A DNA stretch of 64,000 nucleotides from Dimorphilus gyrociliatus (taxonomy: Eukaryota > Animalia > Annelida). Location: the NCBI GenBank assembly GCA_904063045.1, contig CAJFCJ010000003.1, forward strand, positions 2,590,504-2,654,503, in the 5' to 3' direction. A program made the position numbers and the translations under genes. The first letter of the stretch is position 1, and every line of letters begins with the position of its first letter. Below the pieces are notes generated by a model. The model was given only the letters and a program-made list of their open reading frames with translations. It had not been told where the DNA came from and ran no database searches. Positions 12,413 through 26,011 of this stretch are shown one piece after another.

Positions 12413-12503
12413 AATTATTTTTATGTTGAACTGAAAATTTTATTTCCTTTAAAGTCAAATAAAAAAAATACACAACAAAAAAAAATATAAAATAAGTTTG
12501 TGA

Positions 12504-13010
12504 TTATTGATCTCCAACTTGATGAATTAAACTGACGTTATCACCCTTCAACAAAATTCTCCCTGTTAGATTAAAAAGTCTGAATGAATGTTCCTTTAAT
12601 AAAAAAAGATTTCTTCAAATGAATTCTCAATTGAATAGAATACATATAAACTACTTACCCAAAGCTTTTCGATTCTTGGTCTTTAAGTGAATCTCTTCGG
12701 AGTTATCTAGAACTATGTTCATGTATTCATCAAAGCCAACAATGCATCCCTCAATTCTTGAGTTCGCCTGTTCGTATAACCAGACAGAAACTCTTGCTCG
12801 CTAAATAAATAAAAAGTTTTAAATTGTAATTGAATGAAAAGAAAAGTTAGATCTCTACTTACACTTTGCAGATACCTGAAGATGAGGTTCTAAATTGAGC
12901 GAAAAAATAAACATATATTTAATAACGTGATTTTTGGACTTGAGTAAAAAATAACTTACGATCGGCTGAACCATCATCTTTTGAACTTTACCTCCACCTT
13001 TAAAAGACAT
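12504..13010 (-). CDS. SNRPE: Small nuclear ribonucleoprotein E (SmE)
   Basis: Exons 13010-12960, 12889-12863, 12800-12659 and 12562-12504. Sequence [18 protein letters not shown]...[17 protein letters not shown]...[13 protein letters not shown]. Confidence 0.97.
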
Positions 13011-13451
13011 CTTAGAATAGATCTTTTGCGAAACTTCAGGTATTAAAAAAAAAACAATAAAACGCAGCCGGTTCGAAAACGACTGCTTCAAAGCGCATGC
13101 GCACAGGAAATTTAGAAAATTAAAATAAAATATTTTATAAGTAAGTCAGCTGTATTTTTTTTATATAATTTAATAAATTTTTTAATTTTAGATTTTGTAT
13201 AACGTTATATTTTACGGCTTTTGCAAACAAATGGTTCTGATCTCGATAAACATTGGCGGGAAATAGCCACTCGTTTATTTTTCTTTCATAATTCCTGTGA
13301 AATAATAAAAATCTGTTATCATTTCGCGCAGAAGTCAGAATAATTTCATAATTATTTCATTAGTGCCGCGGATCAGCATCATCAAAAATATTAAGGAAGA
13401 AAGAAATTGAACGTGTCCTATTTTAAAGCAGATTCTTAAAATCGCATTATA
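13011..13451. promoter_or_regulatory. Bidirectional promoter SNRPE/CHAF1B
   Basis: NRF1-type GCGCATGCGC at 13093-13102; E2F-type TTGGCGGGAAA at 13253-13263 and TTTCGCGC at 13322-13329. Confidence 0.6.
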
Positions 13452-15644
13452 ATGAAATTGGTGACACCTGAAATTGCTTGGCATAACAGAGATCCAATAT
13501 ACGCCTGTGATTTACAGCCTCCTCAAGAAGGCAGCGAACTTCAAAGATTAGCAACTTGTGGTCCTGATAGAGTTATTAGAGTAAGTATATTTAAATTGTT
13601 TTCATTTAGCAGTAACAATTATTTTTCTTTTATCACTATTTTTCTTTAGATATGGAATATAAGTTTTCATGATGACTATAAAGTAAAAGTGGAATTCTTA
13701 TCTAGTTTATTGCGACATTCTAAAGCTGTTAACGTGGTTCGATTTAGCCCAAATGGTCATTATTTAGCTTCTGGTGGAGATGGTGAGCAAAGAGGGTTAA
13801 ATATAAACACAATTCACCTGAATATTTCACAGATAACGCAATTATAATTTGGAAGTTGAGTAGTACATCGGCAACTAGTAATAATACTCTACAAGAAGAT
13901 GATGGAGAAATAACTGAAGTATGGGTGTCTGGAAAAGTCTTGCGAGGACATTTAGGTGATATTTATGATATTAGTTGGTCTTCTGATGGTAAACAATTGA
14001 TTTCTGGTTCTATCGATAATAGTGCTATACTGTGGGATGTGAAAAAAGGTAACATATTCGAATGTTTTAGTTTAATACTTGTTAAATATATAATTTTAAA
14101 AATACCAGCATGTCGCTTGGCAATATTTCCGGAGCATAAGAGTTTTGTGCAAGGTGTTTCTTTTGATCCAAAAGGAGTATATATAGCAACTCATTGTGCC
14201 GATAGAGTCTGTCGAATTTATAATGTCCAAAGTAAAAGTTGCCAATATAGAATCGTTAAATGGACATATAAAGAGAAATTAAGAAAAATGTTCTATGATG
14301 ATACCATGAAGTCATTTTTTCGACGGCTCTCTTTTTCACCAGACGGAAACCTATTAGTAGTTCCATCTGGTTATGTTGAATGCGATGAAAATGACAATGT
14401 AAACACAACATTTGTATTAGGAAGACACTCTTGGACTAAGTATTTAACTTTAATTATTTACTGATATATATTTTATTACAGATATAAATTTCTTTCCCTT
14501 ATAGGCCCATTATGCATTTACCAGTCATTGGAAAAACAACACTTGCTGTAAGATTCTGTCCTAAATTATTCAAGCTTAGGGAGCCAGAAGCTGGCAATAA
14601 AATATTTGAGTAAGTATATCGATAAGTTAGGTATTTTAAAAATTTCACAACTAATCAGGATTTTTTTAGTTTGCCCTATAGAATGATATTTGCAGTAGCT
14701 TCAGAGGAAAGCGTTGTTTTATACGATACACAGCAAACTCATCCGTTTTCATTAATTAGCAATATTCACTATCAGCAACTAACTGATCTTACTTGGTCTG
14801 CTGATGCGACACTTCTAATTATTGCTTCATCAGACGGATATGTTTCTATTGTCACATTTGAAAAGGGAGAATTAGGTGAATTTTATGAAAAGCCACCAAT
14901 ATTATCTTATGGAAGACAAGATTCAAACTTATCGAATAATATATCGGAATCGGAAAAAAATGCTGACGGCGAAGACGCCGATCAGAGTATTAATTTATCA
15001 GTATGTCTTTCAACCCCAGCTTTTTCCATGAAAGCTTATGTATATATATTTGCTATCTTATTACAGAGGACTGAAAGCAGTGAAGATAATTTAAAAACAC
15101 CTCAAACTATCAAAGATGATGAAGAAGGAGGCAGTTCAAACACTCTGGAACTTAAACAGACACCTTCTGTTAGTATTAAGCAAATTGATGTTTAAGAATT
15201 AGATTTTTCAGTTTCTTGTTATTTTTTTGAAGAAAACGAAACCTACACAAAATTTGAATGATACACCGAAAACAGCTAAATCAAACGAGGTAACAATCTC
15301 ACCAGCAACTTCCGAAAAAGCAGGAAATCTAAAACCAAGACGCGTTCAACTGACTACCTTAAGTAGTGTCACACAACCTAAATCTCAAGCAGCACCAAGA
15401 AGAGTTCAAGTCACCACTTTATCAACACTTTGGGGAAGTCAAAAAAAAGTTGAGGTATGCTTGATTAATTGTGAAAAAGATGTTTCAGTTTCTAAAACTC
15501 GTTTATTGCTTAATTCAGAAAAAAGATGAACCAAAAGAAGTTGATGAGGGCAAGCCCAGTTCTCAACCGGTTGATAGTGACTGTGATTTACAATTAGAAA
15601 ATACGAATGATGGTTTTGTTGATAAGCAAATGGACATTGATTGA
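13452..15644 (+). CDS. CHAF1B: Chromatin assembly factor 1 subunit B (p60), WD40 protein with ASF1-binding B-domain-like motifs
   Basis: Exons 13452-13580, 13650-13782, 13833-14048, 14109-14439, 14505-14609, 14670-15000, 15067-15168, 15233-15454 and 15519-15644. Motifs [43 protein letters not shown] and two PRRVQxTTL. Confidence 0.95.
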
Positions 15645-15704
15645 AAGTAACTATCAAAACTTGTGCAACTTTTGAACAACGATATAACACTTATTTAGAA
15701 AATC

Positions 15705-18700
15705 TTATAACAAACGATAAACTCTAAAAGTCGGATTATGAAATACTAACTGAAAATATTTCGAATATTGTTTCCTTCCCTTGCGTACTTCATTGCAGAA
15801 TCTTGGAGTTTTTGGCTCCGGTAGGTTGCGTTTTTCGATTTCATTGTCCGGTGACTATTTATTTGATTATAATTATTTCATTTTGTTGTTTTTTTTATTC
15901 TATATTACAAACCTGTCCGTAGCTGATATCTACAACATCATTCGTTTTACACCCATTGCTCGGTATTAAGCATATAGAATCTTCTAAGATTATATAATCG
16001 GTACCATACCTCTTGAGAATGTCGAAGACGTACCTTGGCTTAAATCTTCCATAAATAGCGTAAAGGCTAGAATATGATATAATAATGAGAATTTAATGAG
16101 ATTTAGCTTTATATTCTAGAATGAGATTCAAAATTTCTTTTATGGTTATACTAAATAACATTAAGTAATATTTCAGGCAGATTTTAATTTAAAATTATTT
16201 GATATTTGATGACACTAAAATTTTGTGTTGGTTCTATGACGGCAGAATACCGAGCACAGTCAGACTGATATCAGTTGTTATATTGTTATTAAAAATAAAC
16301 CATGAAAAGAATACTTTAGAAAGATAAGTTTTGTGGTAACTACTAATCATTCTTTAACGTCCATTTATGTACTGACCTCTTTGTACGCTTTCTCAATTCT
16401 TCATCTTCGAAGTGAGGATGATTTGTCAGATGTCGACCTGTACATAACTTTACACCAGCTAGTAACTGCATACTTCCTGTGAATGCTGCCTTTTTGTCAG
16501 TATTATGATTTATCCACTTCATTAATTCAACAGTATCGGGGTCATGAAACCTTTGAATATCCGCTAGCTCCTCTTTTACCTCTTCCCCATACTTATTTCA
16601 TAAACATTTTTATATTTGATTTTTACGTAATAAATTGAATAGTTACCCAATGATAAGAGCTATATAAAAGACCAATAACAATAGAAAGGCGAAACAATGA
16701 AATCTGTTGTACCAAAAAATTTTTAATTTTCTATATCTTTTGCTTAACAATACCATACCGCGAAAGATTGATGTTTGAACTTGAAAACTCGTTTCAGAAA
16801 TCCGTCGTGTAAGAAAGCACATGGTGATAAAATACACATATAAGCCGTCCATAAGAATTTCATTCGTAGTACACTTAAGCCCAGACAAGCGAATAGAATG
16901 CACTGAACTGTGGTAAGATAAATTGGAAAGTTTATCAAATTTTCCGAAAGTTACAGCTTAAAACTTACTGCCATGAAATGACAGATGAGGATTATTATTA
17001 AGAGTCAAATTATTAAGGGTAAAATAAGCTGTCTTGGTCTCCACACCATCTGTCTTTTTTGATTCTGATACTTTAATATCTTTGCTGCAGTATTTTGCTA
17101 TTTATATATTTTCATGTAAAAAACTTAGGAACACACCTCCAGTTTGTTAAAACAGTTATAATTGTCAATAAAATAATAACACCATGAGCTACTCCATAAA
17201 AATATAAAAAACCGGTACTGGCGAATAGTTGAAAGATGGAGAAATTTAAAAATTCAAATGCTTCATTGCAAATATATAGCAGCGAGTCGAAATCTCTAAT
17301 ATGTATGACTTAAATATTACCTGACAAAGGAAGAATATGGCTTTAAAAAGTGAAATATACCTCAAAGCAGGAAGATTAAAGTATTGGCTTATTCCAAACT
17401 TATTTAACAGAAAGTTATAAATGTGTCGATCAGCCTTCTGCTGAAGGATGATATTAGTTATTCGATTGAGCAAGATTGTGAGTATGCTAGTAAGAGAGAT
17501 ATAAAATAGAATCGTAAAAATTCTTCTGAAATAGCCGTGAGGCTTTGGCTGTTCATTCTGAAAACATAGACATTAATATTGAAGTGACGTATCATAAATA
17601 ATAAATGTCTAATTGTACTTGTAAATAAGAAACAAATGTTGCAGCTGTTATAAAGCTCAATGCAAATCCTCCAAATATCATCTTGTTACCAAATTGTAAC
17701 AGAGCTACGAGTATTAAAGATGTTGCCAAGGTTAAATATATAACTCTTACCTATGTATTTAAAGAAACATATACATATATAGTATATTGAATATATATAA
17801 ATATACAAAGAGTGTAATATCAGGCTAAAGTTTAAGGTAATACTTTACTTTTCGTAAGTTGATCAAATGAGTAACTTGAACGGCAAAAAGGGCAAACGAT
17901 TGGACAAGAAATATAAACTGATTAAATTGCCAGAAAAGTGCAAATAAAAATGCACTGATGAAAGCCCCAATAGCTGAGAATTTCTGTAAAAGTATTCGAT
18001 TATTTTGTGACTAAAATTGCATAACTTATTATTTATAAGATTGAAACCTTAGAAAAGATTCGATCACGAGAAAAGTAAAATGTAATGAACATTTGTTGCA
18101 ACCATAGAAACGGTATTGCCCAACTCTCTCTTAAAGACACAGAATTTTGTACTCTTGTTATATCGTAGCTGGATTGACGAAATATAAAAGTCAATAAGTG
18201 TGTAAGACTCATAATGGTGTTTTCCATTACGTATGAAGAAAGTAATAGTGAATTGCTACGACTCCCGCAAGCCAAGATCCACATAAAAACCATGAAATGA
18301 TAAAAATTATACACATTAGAAAGCCTTGGAGGGCGAAAACAACGTTAATGTAAAAGAAGATTGGTCTGCCAAAGTATATCTAAAATAGATTTTTATAGTA
18401 AAAAATTAGATAGAATCCATTTTTTAAGCTCGTTTAAGTTATTCCTACTTCTAACGACCCGAAGGAGCGATAAATCAATCCCAAAAAAACTTCTTGGTAA
18501 ACGTTCATTCTTTCTAGAATATTAATAGTTCTTCCATTTTCTGTCACGTTATCCTTCATTAGTTCGTACAGTCCTATAATAAAAGAAGTAAAATTTCAAT
18601 GCTAAGTAGTTGAAAATGATTTACAAAAAAATACCCTGTGAAAAGCTTTTAGAAGCTAAAAACTGCTTGAAATATGAATAATATAGTCCGCATTCTGTCC

Positions 18701-19044
18701 GGAAAGATATTTCTCTCTCAACTTCCTACAATTAAAAATTTTTTATGCTCTTATACCCTTATTTATATTGTGGTTAATTAAACCGTTATCTTTTCAAAAG
18801 AGTGCTGATTATCATGCAAAATATAATAGTATCTGTACATCACTATCCCTAAAAGCAGCATAACAGATAATCCCACAATGGTATTTGTAAAGGCAATAAT
18901 TTTAGAAAAAGTAGATTTATAATTTGAATTTGATAGACTTTGACAAGATGATCTTGATTTTACTATGTGTTCTTTCTGTTTGTGATCAGAATTTAATTGT
19001 TTTTCATCATTTTTCCCTATTGAGGAATTTTTCTTCTTTAGCAT
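15705..19044 (-). CDS. DPY19L3: C-mannosyltransferase DPY19-like, closest to the DPY19L3 type (multi-exon)
   Basis: EVEREISFRTECGLYYSYFKQ in exon 2, multiple TM exons, DYIILEDSIC and C-terminal RFCNEVRK...YFQLVFHNPTFRVYRLL*. The start codon at 19044 is inferred. Confidence 0.88.
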
Positions 19045-20602
19045 TTCGGATACAGCAATTGGAACTGCTTGAAAATAAGACAATGCTAACAAATTATGAG
19101 TAAAATACAATTCTGAAATTGCCAAAAAATATCATATATATCTTATTGTATTATAAATGAATTTTCCATACTTATTTAATAAAAGACTTTTGATATTATT
19201 AGTAGAAGAGGTTCAAAAATTTTACAACTATTCCAAACAATTTATGATAGATGGCGTTGCAAATAAGGATAGAACTTTAAAAAATTAATGTTTCGTGAAA
19301 TATTTTCCCCTTGGATATTAAATTAGAAACTTCGATCCGAAAATCGTTAAAGTATTAACATAAGATGTCATTAGTGGAGGGAATAAGGGGAAAAAAATAA
19401 TAGATCTGGTTTGGGTTAACGAAATGTGCTTAGAATGTTTTTTTATGGAATTACGTTTAATAGAATTTTGGAACATTCTCTGGTTTGTTACTTAATAAAA
19501 TATCGTTAGGAAAATATTCTATATATCGAAATACTTCAAAAGATTTGGTTATTTTCTATTCAGGAGCAAACGTTTATATATCGGAAATAGCATTTTATAA
19601 TTCCATAAACGTCTTTCGGGTGGAGAATGAAGGAAAGAGATATCAAAGATATCCTTAGAGTATCAATTCTCAATATTTCTTGGTGGAAAATCCCTTAAGG
19701 TATTATTTATCATCAGTTGCTAAACGAAATTACAAAAAATTTATTAAGCCTGAGTTTAATTTTATTAGATAAAAGAAAGGGACGAGCGTGTGCTTGACTA
19801 AAAAATTGAACATCAAATAATAGTATCTTAGAAGAAATTCATAATAAATTACTCTAATTAATTTGCAGTATTGTAAGTTGTGCTTTAAGTTTGTAACAAC
19901 ATCGACTAGTTTCAATCATACAAACTAGTAAACGGATAGAAAAATTATGCAATATAAATAGAAGTACAGAAACGATACTAAACTTTCCATAAATAAACTA
20001 GATCGAAACATCTTATTCTCATGAAAAAAGAAAGATAATCATAATTATAAATCCAATCTCTTATTTATGATTATAGAGAGAAGGCTCAATGGCGACTTAA
20101 AGGTTTGTTTTTATGATGATCAGAATCAATCAGCTTAACGAATTTATGTTTGCTATTTGATTTATTAAAATAATAAAAGAAAAAACCTATTTCTCTCTTT
20201 TTCTTTCTTATGTTTGCATAATAATTATTAATACCTTATGTATCTGAATACAACCTCAGAATCGAATAGTTATGTGAAAAAGAACAAAATCTTCCTACCA
20301 TGAGCCAGTAAATAAAATGAAACAAAAAAAGTTTCGTTAAAAAGAATGCTTGATAAAATCGTTGAAACATATTTTCAATTTCTTCATCTTTCTTTTGGAC
20401 TAGCTACAATTCGTTGCACACAAAAAAAACAAGCAGCTTTTTGCATATTGTAGTCACCATTTCCCATTTAAGAGGCACCATTGAAAATCATGAGCAGCTA
20501 TTTATAGGATAGTAGCTTATTATTCCAATTTTAAAAAAAGAAAAGCTATTAGTCTTCGTTTCTTTAATCTAAGGGCAGACTGACTATCTAACAAATCGCT
20601 TG

Positions 20603-23600
20603 TTAACGAGCGTCAACAGTATAAGGATTTTCATAACAGCAGTAATGCACGATTATACCATTTGGATAACGAGCAAAGGCGCTGAAAATATAGAGAATGC
20701 ATCACAAATACGAAAGTAAAAATTTATTGCTCCACTTACGAGGTTCCAATCCTTTCATTACAAACAGCACAGACGTTGTTACGTACTTCAAATTTAACGC
20801 CTTGTGCCCGAATTCTGTCTCTTTGGACCTATAGAAAAAGAATTTTTCATATCAAAGAAACTCGTTTTATTTTTAATATCAAATGGATGTAAAGCTCAAT
20901 ATAAATAAATAATATTGTTTGAATTTAATTACTTGTAAGTATTCGGAAAAGTGCAAGCTTCTTAATAACTGGCAGCGCCTTTTATACACAGCCTGATGGT
21001 CTAGCACATTTTCAAGGAATATCTTTAAATCTTTCAACTTAGTAGCCGGAGGAAGCAGTTCTAAAGCCTAAAAGAAAATAATTTTTATTTTATTTACTTT
21101 CATCAAACAAATTAATTTAACTACCTTAGCAGTATCAATTTTATTTGCGTGCCGCTTTAATAAATCTAGGGCAGCCTCGATATTAACTCTCCCATGATCG
21201 ACAGCATATTCCGCCATATAGCCAAGTATACTTTTGTTGGGAGGAGATAGATAAATATTTAATAGATGAATGTATATCTGAAGTAAAGAGAAAATTTTAT
21301 TTTTAGTACATTTACTCAGAGCTATATATAAAAATTAATTTTTCCTATTAGTAGAATATTTTTTAAATGGTATTTATGAAATTTTCATGATTATAAACGT
21401 AAAAAAATTATCGTTTTTTTCAATAATACGTACATCTCTATTCCCTTCTTTACATCTATCGTAGGTTCTTAGACAATGGCTGTATATTGAAATATGTTCG
21501 AAGAGTTCAAGTTAAAATGCATTGACGAATGATTATGTATACCTTTCTGCCATTTTATTATCTTGAAGGACATGAACATATACAGCCAATGATTGTTCGT
21601 GTCTGTTCATCTGACCTAGGACAATGGCTCGTTCACGAAAAAAGTCTGAGGAAATTTTATGAAATGAAATCATTGGAACGTAAAATTTGCCTTTTTTCTC
21701 ACATACTGTTTAATGGAATAACAGCTAAAACACGCTCCGGTGAATATAGTGTGGACGTTTCTAAAAAAAATATCAATCTGGTACGAAGCTCTCCTAATTC
21801 TCCTCCCTCTTCACCTGCCCTTGCCGGTCGTTGGTCTAAATGGAAAATCAGTAATTATAAATTTTTCAAACGATAAAAGCATCTATTGATTATATCTTTT
21901 ACCTGCTGGTAAATTTTTTACATATTCGTCCATTAGAGGACTTAAACGATTGACGTAGTAAAAAGCAAGATGATTGTGAAAATATGACGTTTTATCCCCC
22001 CACTCATGGATTATATGTTCCTAAAATAAATTTAGATATTTAATGAAGATTGATATCAACATCCATCAAATAACTTACTAAATAAGGTATAACCAATTGT
22101 TTACAAGTTTTATCTAGATAAGCCATAACTTTATCACGAGGTAAATTCTCTACTTCCTGATTATCCTCAGTAAAAATCTTTAAATAAATTAGTAAAGTTA
22201 ATATTAATTGTAACTGTTTAAATGACAGTTTATAGTACTTTTAAACCATCGTCCGGACGAAATTTTAGCACCCAGCAAGCGTAATCGAAAATGAGATCGA
22301 GGTGTTTTGAGCCAAGTCTTTGCAAGTAAGCAATTGTATGTTCGGGACTATGGAGAACTGAGTTAAGCTTGCGATGTTCTGCCAATAAGAATTCTAAAGC
22401 TAAATAGGAGTAAGATTGATTTAATAGATTAAATGGAAATGAGGAAATTTTAAAGATTCTTATACCTTCTTTGTGCATTCCTTTGCTTTCGTAGAGCAGT
22501 ATTAATTCCAAGTATTTGTGACTACTTTTTAATATTTTTTCGCTTTCCACAACGTGACACTGGTTATCTTTTAAGCGTAGCAAAGATGCTATTAATGCCT
22601 CTTGTGTCTGAAAAAATTGTTATTTACATCCAATTTCATAATCACATAGTGTTGAAAATTAATACCTGTAAATAGCACTTCAAAAGGGTTGTATCAATGA
22701 TTTGGGCTAGTTGCTTTTTAGAAACTATTAGAGCATTCCCTTCAACAATCGAGCAAGTGTGAACTTTCTTTCCCATATCTTTCAATTTTTGCCTTTTCTA
22801 TTGGTAAAATACAATAAATTATGTTATTAAATATTTAACAGCTTGAGCTCTTTATACCTCTAATAAATAAGTTATAAGAGATTCTAAACCACGTTCTAAC
22901 TCAGCTCCTTCTAGTATTGGAACAGAATCAGGGTAGACTAATCTTTTTCTGTACTCAGATGGTAGCAAATCGGGAAATAAACCGATAACTTGCGATGGAT
23001 CTGTAAGAAAAGAAAATTTACTATTCACTATGATTTAGATTTACCATACGATTGATATTAAATCTCCATCATATAATGAATCTGGTGTCCTTTTGCTTTT
23101 TTTATTATCAAATACCTATTCTCACATATTATATAGATTTCTAAATAAAGAGAGATTCAATTATTATGCGTAAACTTAATGTTCATTAAATCCTTGGAAA
23201 AGTTATCTAGCTTTGTTTTATTTTTTGCATTGTCTGAGTTTGAAGGAAAGTTGCTCGATTTTTTTTATGTATAGAACAACAGCTCTATAATTATGTACTT
23301 CTCTTTAAAGATAGTTGGAAAAGAGCAAAGACGTTTGGGTGTGGTTGACATGCAAGGTAGAAATTCAGCTCAAAATAAATCACATAGCTTGATACCTAGA
23401 TCTAATAGATCTAGTTAATGAAACAAGAATTGCTATTTACCAACCTGTCTCTAATTCTGAAAACATTTCCAAAGAAGAGTCAAATCGGTGTTGAACAAAT
23501 AAATGGAAAGCATAGAGGTTTTTTATGCGATGTACTTTAATTCTCTTAGTCTCTTCATCCTCCTCACTTAAAGGCTGAAAAAAAAAATTCTATATTTTAT

Positions 23601-25638
23601 TCTACATGAAAGAAGCTAAATTTGTATAAGTATGAAATATACATACTGCTAAACGTAAAGCAAGTTCAAATTCCTTTGCTCTTGTTAATTGGTCGATTTG
23701 CTGATAAACGGGAGACTGGCATAATTTCCATACGCAATTTGTACTCGCTATGAATACTGAATTGCTATACATACACAAAAAAAAGACACTTTAGATCACC
23801 AAGATAAAAATAATTAAAAATATTAAATATAATTCGTTAATAGTAAGAGAATAGAATATGTTTCCCTAAAAGGAGTATAATTTTCTTTTAAAGAAATGAA
23901 AGGGTCATTAAAATCTTAAGGTATAAGGGTGTAAAATTACATAAAGACATAATCAAGGATAACTTTTCTTTCTATGAACAACTGTACAATAAGGGTAAAC
24001 TATAATTCATATGCGGGTACGGTGCATATATATATATTTCTTTTCTAAAATATATGTTAGAAAAGGACATAAAAAATTGACTATACTCTTGGGAAAATAA
24101 TTTATAGAAAAGTCTAATTTTTTTTATGATAGATCAATCTGGGATTTTGTGATGTGGATCTACACTTGAAATAATTAAGATATCAAAACTAAAACTTACC
24201 CTGATACACACAGAAGTCGAGGTCGAACCAATTCGATACTTTGTATTAAAACTCTTGGATCAATTGTTTGGATTTCAACATATTTCGGTAGAGCAGCCAC
24301 CAAATAAGGTGGAAGATTTACAATCATTTGTGGAACGTCACTCCATTTTATACCGAATCTTTGTAAAGGCTTTCCTTCTTTATCTATCAAAACCGTTGTT
24401 TCATCTCTAGAAACAGCTAATTCTGAATCGGAAAGTTTTGTAACGAGGGCCTCTTGTTGCCTGGATCCCGTGGGAAAAACGTCCTTAACATTTCCACTCA
24501 TTACATCCACAAGATAATATTCCCGTTTCGTTCCAACACAAACCGTCTCATCGCACCACGTAACTGATTTAACTACATCGGAAAATTCCTTATCTGAGTA
24601 CAATTCATGAAAGTTTCTGTTCCTCCAATAGAAAAATTGAATTCTCCTTCTAGCAGCTACACATATTCTTAAGTTATACAACCAATCGCCAGTAGGTGAG
24701 GGGATTTTCTGTAAATCTACAGCAAAAACCGATGCACCTCTTGTTGATTCAACAGTAAGGATCTTTGTAAAAATTGTGAGGTCGTGGACACTAACAACAT
24801 TGTCAGAAAGACTAAGTAAAATGTGGTATTCTGGAACTACTTCAATTTGCAGGATAGGCTTTTTCGAAAACGCTTTACTTGTACGTTCGATTCGAACTTT
24901 GTGAGACTTTGATTCTCCATCAAAGAAAACGGTATATACAAGTAGACTCCCCTGCCTTGTTCCTACTAGGAGCGTTGAATCTGTACAAATATAGAATTAA
25001 TCATTGGTTTAAATATAAATTGAATAATTTTTTTTAAGATGAAAGAGATTGAAAATTGGCAACTTCAATTAAAATCGATTGTGTAAGCTAATTGGTAAAC
25101 TAAGGTCGGCTTTAATCAATGATTAAATTGATGTTAAATATAAAAACTACCAATAAAAATGTTAGCATCGTACATAATGTTTGTAGGTATAAATTTGATT
25201 ATTTTACATTTAAAAAGAGTCAATATTACAATCTAATATGTCTTTCATCTCGGATAAACTAATTATCTTGAGTATTGAGAAAGATCACGTTATTTGGTGT
25301 TTGATTTCCCGCTAGATTTTATCGATAGCTCAATGACAAAATCTTTTATTCTATAATTTTTAGATAATTGCTATTGTTGATAGTCTTTGATGCTTGGTCT
25401 AATCCTTCCATAAATAATATAAGAACTCGTACGTGCTTTTCAACAACTAATCAACAAAACAGAGTAAATTACGCATGATTCAACTTCTAGACTAATCAAT
25501 AAGTTTCTTAATTTTGTTAGAAGGTAGAGAAGAACAGACATTTCTAGTTTTACAAAGATACTGACCGTAGTAAGTAATTGATTCGATATGTAATGGCAAT
25601 CTTTCAAGTAGAACATTCGCCGTAAAAGCTTCGTGCAT
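20603..25638 (-). CDS. VPS39: Vam6/Vps39 HOPS complex subunit (CNH domain, clathrin repeat, C-terminal zinc finger)
   Basis: First exon 25638-25566 MHEAFTANVLLERLPLHIE; CNH exon with RRIQFFYW; DPSQVIGLFPDLLP; QIIDTTLLKCYL; C-terminal CAVCNERIGTSAFARYPNGIIVHYCC. Confidence 0.95.
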
Positions 25639-26011
25639 AGCACATCTAGATTCTAAAGAACTACTAAGTGACAGCGATCTATTCGGGATACAATTTCGGC
25701 AGCTTTGGCTCAGCGTTCTGCCGCTGCAGCAACCATTGCACGCTTGGAGAGCTATTTTGGCTATTTTATAAGGAAATCAACAAGCCTTCCTCTATCCTTT
25801 TCTTTTGCTTTTCTGCCATTTTATTGTCACATGATCGATACTAGGTTGGCTGCGGGATTCTTAAATTCGAACTATCACTCAAGTTTCTCCTCGGAACCAG
25901 GAACCACGTTTTTTTTAATAACAACTGGCTGGTTTAAAGTCAAGAGATGGCGCTAAAATTCAAGTTTGGATTTTTTCTAACACTGTGGATCACGTGACAA
26001 CAATAGTTGAG
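25639..26011. promoter_or_regulatory. Bidirectional promoter VPS39/CEP43
   Basis: AGATGGCG (YY1-type) at 25945-25952 and TCACGTGA (CLEAR/E-box type) at 25990-25997, between divergent start codons 373 nt apart. Confidence 0.6.

Noticed and set aside
15330-15430. Duplicated PRRVQ(L/V)TTL motif in CHAF1B
   Set aside because: Matches the known ASF1-binding B-domain-like motifs of CAF-1 p60, so it is expected rather than novel.
23001-23454. Unusually long VPS39 intron with internal AG/GT pairs
   Set aside because: The candidate internal exons hit stops at once in the needed phase and have no supporting features.
25705-25956. 83-aa plus-strand ORF in the VPS39/CEP43 promoter
   Set aside because: TTG start, no homology, and explained by the GC-richer promoter and 5' UTR.
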